DNA of 58,942 nt from assembly GCA_016871255.1 (NCBI GenBank), contig VFZH01000005.1:1-58942 (forward strand), in the 5' to 3' direction. The notes beneath the pieces are model-generated. The model saw nothing but the letters and a program-made list of their open reading frames with translations, ran no database searches and was not told the DNA's origin. Positions 51,280 through 58,942 of the stretch are shown here, one piece after another (the stretch's first letter is position 1; the number at the start of each line of letters is the position of its first letter). The position numbers and the translations under genes were made by a program. The stretch is from Acidimicrobiia bacterium. Its GTDB lineage: Bacteria > Acidobacteriota > Vicinamibacteria > Vicinamibacterales > UBA2999.

Positions 51280-52038
51280 ATGGCAACAGGCTTTCAGGGC
51301 AAGGTCGCCGTCGTCACGGGCGGCGGATCCGGAATCGGACGCGCAGCGGCGATCGCGTTCGGCGCGGCGGGGGCAAAGGTTGTCGTGGCCAACCGCACGG
51401 CCAGCTCCGGCAACGCGACGGTGGACGCCATCAGGAAGGCGGGCGGCGACGCCATCTACGTCAGCACGGACGTCGCGAAGGCGGCGGCCGTCGAGGCGCT
51501 GATGACGAAGGCCGCGTCGCAGTTCGGCCGCATCGACTTCCTGTGCGCCAGCGCAGGGTCGCAGCCCACCCCGGGCCCGATGCTGGACGAAACCGAAGAC
51601 GCCTGGAACCTGAACCTCGACGTGAACCTGAAGGGCACCTGGCTCGCGATGAAGTACGCGATCCCCCACATGCTGAAGGTCGGCGGCGGTTCGATCGTCA
51701 GCGTGGCGGCCGCGACGGGTCTGGTCGGCTTCGCCAACTGGACTTCGCAGTGCGCCAGCAAGCACGGCGTGGTCGGGTTGACCAAGTCGGTGGCCCTCGA
51801 GTTCGCCAAGCAGAACGTGCGCGTCAACTGCGTCTGCCCGGGCCTGGTGCGCACGCCGATGACCGAGACGCTGGCCGGAGGCGCCGCCAACGTGGACGGC
51901 CTGGCCGCCATGGAGCCGGTCGGCCGCCTGGGCACGCCGGAAGAACTGGCCGCCACGATCGTCTTCCTCTGCTCCGACGGCGCCGGGTTCATCACCGGGC
52001 AGGCGCTGGCCGTGGACGGAGGCATGGTCGCCGGGTGA
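51280..52038 (+). CDS. SDR-fold protein with substituted catalytic residues
   Basis: TGGGSGIGRA Rossmann motif and full classical SDR length. However, NNAG is replaced by CASAG, the catalytic Ser position is Ala (SIVSVAAATG), and YxxxK reads QCASK. Confidence 0.85.
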   Translation: MATGFQGKVAVVTGGGSGIGRAAAIAFGAAGAKVVVANRTASSGNATVDAIRKAGGDAIYVSTDVAKAAAVEALMTKAASQFGRIDFLCASAGSQPTPGPMLDETEDAWNLNLDVNLKGTWLAMKYAIPHMLKVGGGSIVSVAAATGLVGFANWTSQCASKHGVVGLTKSVALEFAKQNVRVNCVCPGLVRTPMTETLAGGAANVDGLAAMEPVGRLGTPEELAATIVFLCSDGAGFITGQALAVDGGMVAG

Positions 52039-53252
52039 CCGACCGCCCCGAATACGGACCGTCCTGGTTCGTCAGCCCGTGGAACTTCCGCGATCCGGAG
52101 GTGCCACGGGAGCCGCGGCGCCTCGTCGTTCACGACGTCACGCTGCGCGACGGCGAGCAGATGGCGGGCGTCGTCTTCAACGTCGAGGACAAGATCGAGA
52201 TCGCGGCCGCGCTCGACCGGGCCGGCGTGGACCGGATCGAAGCCGGCATGGTGGCGGTGTCGGCCGAAGATCGCGAGGCGATCCGCGCCATCATCGCCAG
52301 CAAGCCCAGGGCCGACATCTGGACCATCGTCAGGGCCCTGCCCAAAGACGTGGAGATGGCGCTCGACTGCGGCGTATCCGGCGCCGGCGTCGTGCTCCTC
52401 GCCAACGAGCAGTACTGCCGCATCTTCCGGTGGACGCTGGAAGACGTCCTGGGAAAGGCCGTCGACGCTGCGAAGCAGGCACGGGCCGGCGGGCTCACGA
52501 CGACGCTGCTCATCGCGGACGCCACGCGGATGACCGATGAGCGGCTGCGCTACATCATCGACACGGCGACACGTTCCGGCCACTTCAGCTCGCTGGCGCT
52601 GATGGACACCTTCGGTGCGCTCAGCCCCAACGGGACGCGCGCGATGATCCGCGGCGTCACGGCGATGACGGACGTGCCGATCGAGTTCCACGCCCACAAC
52701 GACTTCGGCGTCGGCACGGCCAACGCGCTGACCGCGTGGGTCGCCGGGATCGAGACGATCCACACGTCGGTCATCGGGCTGGGCGAGCGGATCGGCAACG
52801 CCCTGTTCGAAGAGGTTGTGCTGGCCGCCCGTCTCCTCTACCGCGCCGAATCGCGAATCGACCTGAGCCAGCTCACGGCGGTGGCGCAACTGGTCTCGGA
52901 GAAATCCGGCGTGACGCCTGCACCCAACAAGCCGGTCAGCGGCAGGAACTTCACGCGCATCGAGTCCGGCTCCGTCGCGTCGGAGTTCCTGCGCTGGAGC
53001 GCCATGCCCGACGCCGACATGCAGTGGATGTTCCCCTATACACCCGATGTGGTGGGCGGACCGGCGGTCGAGCTGGTGCTGGGCAAGGGCAGCGGCATGG
53101 CCAACGTCGAACAGGCGCTCTCGCGCCTGGGCCGGCAGGTGCCGGACACCTCGAAGCCTGCGCTGGTCGAAGCCGTCAAGCGCGAGGCGAGCCGGCTGCA
53201 CCGGGAGTTGACGCTCGAGGAGTTCGACGCGCTCGCCGCACAGGCCAGCTGA
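52035..53252 (+). CDS. HMGL-like / pyruvate carboxyltransferase (DRE-TIM metallolyase) protein
   Basis: GTG overlaps the SDR stop (GTGA). VHDVTLRDGEQ and IEFHAHNDFGVGTANAL are metal-binding motifs. Confidence 0.85.
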   Translation: MTDRPEYGPSWFVSPWNFRDPEVPREPRRLVVHDVTLRDGEQMAGVVFNVEDKIEIAAALDRAGVDRIEAGMVAVSAEDREAIRAIIASKPRADIWTIVRALPKDVEMALDCGVSGAGVVLLANEQYCRIFRWTLEDVLGKAVDAAKQARAGGLTTTLLIADATRMTDERLRYIIDTATRSGHFSSLALMDTFGALSPNGTRAMIRGVTAMTDVPIEFHAHNDFGVGTANALTAWVAGIETIHTSVIGLGERIGNALFEEVVLAARLLYRAESRIDLSQLTAVAQLVSEKSGVTPAPNKPVSGRNFTRIESGSVASEFLRWSAMPDADMQWMFPYTPDVVGGPAVELVLGKGSGMANVEQALSRLGRQVPDTSKPALVEAVKREASRLHRELTLEEFDALAAQAS

Positions 53253-53253
53253 C

Positions 53254-53808
53254 GTGCCCCGCATCCCGCTCGTCGATCCGGACCCGCCGGACCCGATCGT
53301 GGCCGCCTTGTTTGCCGCGGTACGCGCCAAAGGTGGCGGACCGCTCAACCTGCACCGTACGATCGCGAACGCCCCGGAGCTGCTGGGACCGTTCCTCGAT
53401 CTGGCGTTCGCCCTGCGCGCCGCGCCCGTGGCGCCGCGCATCGACCGGGAGCTGGTGATCCTGCGGACCCTCCAGCTCGCCGGGGGCGACTACGGGTTCG
53501 CGCATCACCGCACGATGGCGCTCGCCTTCGGGCTCGCCGACGCCCAGATCCACGACCTGGCGCGCTGGCACGGCAGCTCCCACTTCTCCGATCGCCAGCG
53601 GACGCTGCTGGCCTACGCCGACGCGATGATGTCACCCGACGGCGTCGACGACGCGACGTACGACGCCGTGGCGGCGTTGCTGCCGGCACGGCAGGTCGTG
53701 GAGCTTACGCTCAGCGCGGCGTTCTACGCCATGGTCGCCCACACGACGCGCGCCCTGCGCATCCCCCTCGACGCTGAAGGGGTCGTGGGCCAATACGGCC
53801 AGCGCTGA
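53254..53808 (+). CDS. Carboxymuconolactone decarboxylase (AhpD-like) family protein
   Basis: GTG lies 1 nt after the upstream stop. LNLHRTIANAPELL...RELVILRT...FAHHRTMA is the typical CMD-family helical pattern. Confidence 0.75.
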   Translation: MPRIPLVDPDPPDPIVAALFAAVRAKGGGPLNLHRTIANAPELLGPFLDLAFALRAAPVAPRIDRELVILRTLQLAGGDYGFAHHRTMALAFGLADAQIHDLARWHGSSHFSDRQRTLLAYADAMMSPDGVDDATYDAVAALLPARQVVELTLSAAFYAMVAHTTRALRIPLDAEGVVGQYGQR

Positions 53809-54000
53809 CGGGCCCGTCGCCGGGGCGCCAGTTCGGCAACTCTCCTCGGGCCTTCGGGGCGAGATGGCCCAGCCCCGATCAGAGACGCACCAGATGGGCG
53901 CCCATCTCCGGGCCGACATGAACCGGCAGTTCGGCTGGCTCGTCGGCATCCAGGTGACCACGCAGGCGGCGATCGTGGTCGCCCACTCGCCCCATCGGCC

Positions 54001-55116
54001 CTACCGGCCCTGCGCGGGCACCATCCCCTTGAACAGGAACCGCTGGACCCGTTTGCCGTCGGTGCTCTCGCCGACGTAGATGTTCCCCTTCGAGTCGACG
54101 CCGATGGCGTGTGCGGTGATGAAGCCGCCGCCATCGTGACCGCCGTGGCCGAACGACGAGACGACCTGCAGATTCGACCGGCGCACGATCCAGATGCGCT
54201 CGTTCCCTCCGTCGGCCACGTAGAGGAACTGCTGGCCAGGATCGTGGGAAAAAGCGAGGCCGTCCGATGAACCCGAGGCACCCATCGTGCGCGGCGCGAT
54301 CTGGAACTCCGTGACGTACTCCCCGCTCGTGCGGAACACCTGGATGCGATTGCTGGTCCGGTCGCACACGTAGAGGAGACCGTCTCGACTGAGCGCCAGG
54401 CAGTGGACGGTCCCGAACTGTCGCGGCAGCGGCTTGTCCGGGTCGTACTGGAACGGCGCATCGTCCGGGCGTTCCCCGTACGCGCCCCAGTGCCGCCTGT
54501 AGGCGCCGGTGTTCCCGTCGAACACGATGACGCGGCGGTTGCCGTACCCGTCGGCGACGAACACCTCGTTGGTCCCCGGATCGACCACGACGCCGGCGGG
54601 GCCGCCGAGGCTGGTCGTGTCGTTGCTGCCCTTCCCCCGCTCCTTCCGGCCGATCTGGAGGACGAACGCGCCGTCGCGCGTGAACTTGAGGACCTGTCCT
54701 TCCTTCCCATGGCTGCTCGTGATCCAGATGAAGCCCGCGTGATCGACGAACAGCCCGTGTTCCGTTGACGGCCAGTCGTATCCCTGGCCGGGGCCGCCCC
54801 ACGAGCGGACCACGGTGCCGGCCTGATCCAGCTCGATCACCGGCGGCGCCGGCTTGCAGCAGAGCGCCTTCGGCGGATCGAACGTCGCCAGGTTCTCGTA
54901 GCTGCTGATCGAGCTGCCGACGCTGTCGACCCACACGTGGTCGTTCGCGTCGACCGACAACCCGCCGATCCAGCCGAAGATCCAGGGTGTGGGCAGGGGC
55001 TTCGGCCAGAGCGGCTCGTACTCGAACCGCGGAACCTGGTCCTGCTGCGCCGTGACGACCCCCTCCGCCCCGGCCAGCAGCGCCACCCCGAGACCTGCAG
55101 CAAGAAGCCACCGCAT
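54001..55116 (-). CDS. Secreted NHL-repeat beta-propeller protein (paralog 3)
   Basis: Signal peptide MRWLLAAGLGVALLAGAEG. VADGYGNRRVIVFDGNTGAYRRHWGAYG and CDRTSNRIQVFRTSGEY. Confidence 0.8.
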   Translation of the reverse strand: MRWLLAAGLGVALLAGAEGVVTAQQDQVPRFEYEPLWPKPLPTPWIFGWIGGLSVDANDHVWVDSVGSSISSYENLATFDPPKALCCKPAPPVIELDQAGTVVRSWGGPGQGYDWPSTEHGLFVDHAGFIWITSSHGKEGQVLKFTRDGAFVLQIGRKERGKGSNDTTSLGGPAGVVVDPGTNEVFVADGYGNRRVIVFDGNTGAYRRHWGAYGERPDDAPFQYDPDKPLPRQFGTVHCLALSRDGLLYVCDRTSNRIQVFRTSGEYVTEFQIAPRTMGASGSSDGLAFSHDPGQQFLYVADGGNERIWIVRRSNLQVVSSFGHGGHDGGGFITAHAIGVDSKGNIYVGESTDGKRVQRFLFKGMVPAQGR

Positions 55117-55222
55117 GACGCACCTCCTGAGGACCGGATCACGCCAGGTCGCGAAATCGCGAAATCCGGGTGATCATAGATCGGTTGCACTTACCCGATC
55201 CGTCTCCTGTTCAGAGGTGCTC

Positions 55223-56434
55223 ATGCTGAGAAGGCTTGCCATGCTCGTGCTGCTGCTGTTCCCCGTCCTCCCGGCCGCGCAGGTGGCGGAGTGGTACCAG
55301 TGGCGAGGTCCCCATCGCGACGGCAAGTCGCCGGAGACCGGGCTCCTCTCGTCGTGGCCGCAGGGGGGGCCGCCGCTCCTCTGGCGCTCCACGGGCAACG
55401 GCAACGGCTACTCGTCGTTCTCCGCCTCGAACGGCCGGCTGTACACGCTCGGCGCGCGCGGTGGGACCGAGTACGTCATCGCGCTGGACGCCTCCACCGG
55501 GAAGCGGATCTGGGAGACCAGGACCGGAGAGCTGTTTTCGAACGATCGCGGAGATGGTCCCCGCGGCACGCCGGTCCTCGACGGCAGCCGGCTCTACGCA
55601 CTTGGCGGCAACGGTGATCTCGTGTGTCTGGACGTGGCCACCGGAAAGCCGATCTGGACGAAGAACGTGCTGAACGCGTTCCGGGGACCGCTTCCCTACT
55701 GGGGCATCAGCGAGTCACCGCTGATCGTGGACGATCGCGTGCTGGTCAACGCCGGTGGCCCGGGCGCCTCGATCGTGGCGCTGAACAAAGGGACGGGGGC
55801 CACTCTCTGGCAGACGACACACAGCGATCCCGCCGGCTATTCGTCGGCGGTGCTGACAACGGCCGGCGGCGCCCGCCAGGCGGTGTTCTTCACGGAGGAG
55901 AACGCCGTGGGCGTGGAGGTGGCCAGCGGCAAGGTCCTGTGGACCTACGACCGCGCGAACAACGGGACGGCCAACGTCGCGACCCCGATCGTCAGCGGCA
56001 ACCGCGTGTTCGTGTCGTCGGCGTACGGCACCGGCGGCGCCCTGCTCGAGCTGGCCCCGGCCGGTGCGCGCGAGGTCTACTTCACGCGCGACATGATGAA
56101 CCATCACGCCTCGTCGGTCCTGGTCGGCGAGCACCTGTATGGCTTCTCGAACTCGATCCTCACGGCCATGCGCTTTGCGGACGGCCAGGTGGCGTGGCGG
56201 GATCGCAGCGTGGGCAAGGGGTCGATCATCTGGGCCGACGACCGGCTCTACCTGTTCAGCGAGAACGGCGTGGTGGGGCTGGCGGAAGCGAACCCGACGC
56301 GGTACGTGGAGCACGGCCGGTTCCGGATCGATCCGGGGAGCTACCCCACATGGAGCCACCCCATCATCACGGGAGGCAGGCTGATCATCCGCGAGCAGGG
56401 CAACGTGTACGCCTACGATGTGCGCGCCCGCTAG
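55223..56434 (+). CDS. PQQ-like (BamB-like) beta-propeller repeat protein, secreted
   Basis: Signal peptide, WYQWRGPHRDGKS, and repeated G.L.ALDA.TGK..W blades. Confidence 0.85.
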   Translation: MLRRLAMLVLLLFPVLPAAQVAEWYQWRGPHRDGKSPETGLLSSWPQGGPPLLWRSTGNGNGYSSFSASNGRLYTLGARGGTEYVIALDASTGKRIWETRTGELFSNDRGDGPRGTPVLDGSRLYALGGNGDLVCLDVATGKPIWTKNVLNAFRGPLPYWGISESPLIVDDRVLVNAGGPGASIVALNKGTGATLWQTTHSDPAGYSSAVLTTAGGARQAVFFTEENAVGVEVASGKVLWTYDRANNGTANVATPIVSGNRVFVSSAYGTGGALLELAPAGAREVYFTRDMMNHHASSVLVGEHLYGFSNSILTAMRFADGQVAWRDRSVGKGSIIWADDRLYLFSENGVVGLAEANPTRYVEHGRFRIDPGSYPTWSHPIITGGRLIIREQGNVYAYDVRAR

Positions 56435-56593
56435 TGCAGCGCAGGCGAGATGGCGTCAAGGGATCGCGGTCGAGGCGGGTGCAGCCGCCAGGCGGCGCGA
56501 CGAGGAATACCGCCTGTATTGCGAGGAGCGCCAACGTCGCGGATGCGCCTGCATCGGCCGCGAGGATTGATGCGATCTCGCCTGCGCTGCACT
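56433..56593. repeat. 161-nt element bounded by a perfect 19-bp inverted repeat
   Basis: AGTGCAGCGCAGGCGAGAT (56433-56451) is the reverse complement of ATCTCGCCTGCGCTGCACT (56575-56593). Inner pairings GCGTCAA/TTGATGC, CGCGACG/CGTCGCG and AATAC/GTATT extend the fold. Confidence 0.7.
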
Positions 56594-56684
56594 GGCCTCG
56601 GCACACGGCGGTGACCTGCTGGAGGGGGCGGGAGACGCCCTGGCCTCGGCGATGGCCGATCGTTCCTGACGGGCTGCGGGGGCG

Positions 56685-57146
56685 TCAGGGGACCCGGGGT
56701 GGCTCGCTGGTCACCAGCACGATCTTCCCGGCGTGATCGCCGGACTCGATGCGCCGATGAGCATCGCCTGCGCATTCGAGGGGAAACGTGCTGTCGATGA
56801 CCGGCGCGATCTCACCGCGTTCGAGCAGCGGCCAGACCTCCTGCCGCACTGCTGCGGCGATGGCCCCCTTCTCTTCGGCGCTCCGTGACCGCAGCGTCGA
56901 GCCGGTCACCGACAGGCGACGGCTCAGGATGGGCCACAGGTCGATCGTGGCCGAGGCGCCCTGCTGGAAGCCGATCTGGACCAGCCTCCCGCCCGGCGCC
57001 AGCGCGCGCAGGTTGCGGTTGACGTAGTTGCCGTCAACGATGTCCAGGATCAGGTCGACCCCGCGCCCGCCGGTCGCCCGACGCACCACCTCCACGAAGT
57101 CTTCGGTACGGTAGTTGAGCCCGCTTCGGGACTTGGGATCTCGCAT
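56685..57146 (-). pseudogene. 5'-truncated NAD(P)H:quinone oxidoreductase (MDR family) remnant
   Basis: The 153-aa ORF equals only the C-terminal half of Qor-type enzymes (NYRTEDFVEVVRRATGGRGVDLILD...GKIVLV). The GroES-like domain and the nucleotide-binding glycine motif are absent. The upstream gene ends 10 nt away. Confidence 0.6.
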
Positions 57147-57156
57147 GTCTGCCGCC

Positions 57157-58167
57157 CTACCGGTATCGCTCCTTGATGGTCGGAATCAGGTAGTCGTCGA
57201 AGGCGGTGGTGAAATCGAACTTCGGCGAGAAGCCCCAGTCCTGCCGGGCGGCGCTGTCGTCCACCTCCGCCGGCCACGAGTCCACGATCGCCTGCCGCTT
57301 CGCGTCCGCCGAGTACCAGATGTCCGCGTCGGGGAACGCCTTCAGCACGGCGTCTCGGACCTCCTCGGCCGTCGGGCTGAAGGCGCTGAGGTTGTACGCG
57401 TACCGGGTGAGCGCCTCCGGATGGGCAGCCGCGAGCGCCAGCAGCGCATCCACGGCGTCCGGCATCGCCATGAACGGGATCTTCGTGTTGGGCCTGACGA
57501 AGCACGCGTACGGCTTGCCGGTGGCGGCCGCGTGGATCATCTCCGGCGCGTAGTCGGACGTGCCGCCGGACGGCAGCGTCATCGCCGAAATCAGTCCGGG
57601 GAACCGCACCGAGCGGAAGTCCACGCGCGGCTCGACCCCGCTCGCCAGCTGCTTGTAGTGGCGTCCGTAGTACCGGCCGAGGTGCTCGCAATACAGCTTG
57701 TTGCACCCGTACATCGTCCGCGGCTGGTTGTAATCCTCCTCCCGGACCGGCGGGATGCCGGCCTTGGTCTCCGCGTCGGGCATGCCGTAGACGGCAATGG
57801 ACGACGGGTAGAGGAAGGCGACCGGGCGCCCGTGCGACTCGCCTTCGTGCTGCGCCAGCTCGAGAAGGTTCAACGTGCCGGCCACGTTGACGTCGTGAGC
57901 CGTCAACGGCGTGAACTCCGACCGTGTCGAAAGCAACGCTGCCAGGTGGTAGATCCGATCGACCTCGAACTCCGCGAGCACGCGCTCGAGCAGGCCACGA
58001 TCGAGGATCGACCCGGTCAGCTCGCGCCGCACGTGCCTGGCCAGCGCCGGGTCCAGCGGCGTCACGTCGATCGTGACGATCGCCGCATCGGCCACGGCCA
58101 GCCGCTCGATGAGCGCGTGACCGATCTCGCCGTTGGCGCCAGTGATCAGGACAGCGGGGGTTCTCAC
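57157..58167 (-). CDS. NAD-dependent epimerase/dehydratase-family protein (short-chain L-threonine dehydrogenase-like)
   Basis: VLITGANGEIGHAL and YGCNKLYCE (YxxxK), 336 aa. GTG start. Confidence 0.85.
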   Translation of the reverse strand: MRTPAVLITGANGEIGHALIERLAVADAAIVTIDVTPLDPALARHVRRELTGSILDRGLLERVLAEFEVDRIYHLAALLSTRSEFTPLTAHDVNVAGTLNLLELAQHEGESHGRPVAFLYPSSIAVYGMPDAETKAGIPPVREEDYNQPRTMYGCNKLYCEHLGRYYGRHYKQLASGVEPRVDFRSVRFPGLISAMTLPSGGTSDYAPEMIHAAATGKPYACFVRPNTKIPFMAMPDAVDALLALAAAHPEALTRYAYNLSAFSPTAEEVRDAVLKAFPDADIWYSADAKRQAIVDSWPAEVDDSAARQDWGFSPKFDFTTAFDDYLIPTIKERYR

Positions 58168-58178
58168 GGGAGAGTCAG

Positions 58179-58239
58179 ATCAAATCCCAAAGCCCGAAGC
58201 CCAAAGCCCAAGCCAGATCCCAAGGACCAAATCCCAAAG
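58179..58239 (+). repeat. Family-B array in a divergent gap
   Basis: atcaaatcccaaagcccgaagcccaaagcccaagccagatcccaaggaccaaatcccaaagc (6 CCC tracts). Confidence 0.9.
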
Positions 58240-58273
58240 CAGCGCGTCACGCTGCCCTTGTCACGCCGCGCCA

Positions 58274-58346
58274 CTCGCCAGTCCTCAATCCTTCAATCGC
58301 CAATCGCCAACGCATTCCCCAATCGACAATCCTCAATCTCCATTGC
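58274..58346 (+). repeat. Family-A array (CAATC orientation) with a CTCGCCAGTCCTC head
   Basis: ctcgccagtcctcaatccttcaatcgccaatcgccaacgcattccccaatcgacaatcctcaatctccattgcc. Confidence 0.9.
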
Positions 58347-58363
58347 CACGATACACTCCCTCC

Positions 58364-58597
58364 ATGACTCGTGACGAGCGGCAGGAGGTGCTGAAGATCG
58401 TCGACGCCCACACGCGGACGATCGGTGTCTGCGAGGCGTGCGCCAGAACGACGCGGGACCTTGCAGCCGAAGTCGCCCGCGGCAGCCTGCCCCCGCGAGA
58501 CGACCTGAAACGCACTGTCGACGAAGCCGAACGGGTGCTGACCGAGCTGGCGGACGTACGGAAAGAGGTGGAACGGCTGCGGCGATCCCTGAACTGA
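58364..58597 (+). CDS. Small hypothetical coiled-coil protein (77 aa)
   Basis: MTRDERQEVLKIVDAHTRTIGVCEACARTTRDLAAEV...VRKEVERLRRSLN. G/C-rich third positions, followed by a strong hairpin. Confidence 0.5.
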   Translation: MTRDERQEVLKIVDAHTRTIGVCEACARTTRDLAAEVARGSLPPRDDLKRTVDEAERVLTELADVRKEVERLRRSLN

Positions 58598-58635
58598 TGC
58601 GTGAGGCTTGAGGTCAGCGTTGGGAATTCGGGATT

Positions 58636-58665
58636 CCCCGGCCGCGCGTCCGCGCGCGGCCGGGG
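58636..58665. terminator. Bidirectional GC hairpin between convergent genes
   Basis: Perfect 13-bp stem CCCCGGCCGCGCG / CGCGCGGCCGGGG with loop TCCG. It contains the CGCGTCCGCGCG motif shared with family-B heads and is preceded by a short GGGAATTCGGGATT copy. Confidence 0.65.
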
Positions 58666-58672
58666 ATCGTCG

Positions 58673-58942
58673 CTACTTCGCCGCGGGTGGCGGGGGCGCG
58701 GTCGGTACCCGCATCCGCTCGTGGTCGCCCTTGTCGGGCACGCGCAGATCCCGGTACACCATGATGGGCGGGCTGCCCTTGGCCGCGCGGCCCGGCTTCT
58801 CCCAGTGAATCGTGGATCCGTCCATGCCCTTCAGCAGTTCCGGGGTCGGCGCGCCGGCCAGCGTGAACGACACCTGCAGCTTGTCGCCCGCAACCAGCTT
58901 CGGGATCTTCCACACCACGACATGGCCTGATAGATCCTGCTT
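58673..58942 (-). CDS. Hypothetical protein, C-terminal fragment (5' end outside the window)
   Basis: The frame is open to the window end: ...HVVVWKIPKLVAGDKLQVSFTLAGAP... is beta-sandwich-like, with a Pro-rich tail. Confidence 0.45.
   Translation of the reverse strand, partial: KQDLSGHVVVWKIPKLVAGDKLQVSFTLAGAPTPELLKGMDGSTIHWEKPGRAAKGSPPIMVYRDLRVPDKGDHERMRVPTAPPPPAAK

Noticed and set aside
53864-54079. A 71-codon plus-strand ORF (MAQPRSETHQMGAHLRADMNRQFGWLVGIQVTTQAAIVVA...) in the convergent gap after the CMD gene.
   Set aside because: It overlaps the 3' end of the NHL gene in antisense, has no convincing SD and no recognisable family. G/C-rich third positions are not discriminating here. 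It is possibly a remnant, but it is unsupported.
56433-56593. A classical MITE or IS remnant.
   Set aside because: There are no flanking direct target-site duplications, no transposase fragment, and no second copy within this window. It is reported as an unexplained structured element instead.

Overview
This is a GC-rich bacterial chromosomal segment. Third codon positions are almost all G/C, and there are many long spurious antisense ORFs. The gene content suggests a soil Acidobacteriota-like organism, but that is inference only: CarboxypepD_reg-type TonB receptors, a CBM9/DUF5916-like outer-membrane protein, GSIII plus GSI, NHL and PQQ-like beta-propellers, and DUF349. I can support about 48 protein-coding genes plus one gene remnant, mostly housekeeping or central metabolism. 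They include methionine/SAM-cycle genes (an ahcY - small ORF - aminotransferase operon, and a SahR-like regulator followed by metH), speA, divergent glnN/glnA, and pepF. There is also a translationally coupled TAXI-SBP / histidine kinase / response regulator operon followed by an NHL gene, two small catabolic clusters of unknown substrate, three paralogous secreted NHL propellers, and a truncated quinone-oxidoreductase remnant. I saw no rRNA, tRNA, CRISPR, transposase, integrase, phage or recognisable defence genes. The most unusual feature is non-coding. About 12 intergenic loci carry arrays of degenerate 7-8 nt units in three families: A (CAATCNC / GNGATTG), B (AATCCCR / YGGGATT, with a conserved CGCGCGGACGCGAAATCCC head) and C (GTGGAARA). 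These arrays form palindromic and composite elements. They abut or supply the start codons of unrelated genes through a conserved 36-nt ATG...ATG module, and they encode the termini of some proteins. I did not find a classical novel multi-gene system such as a defence island.
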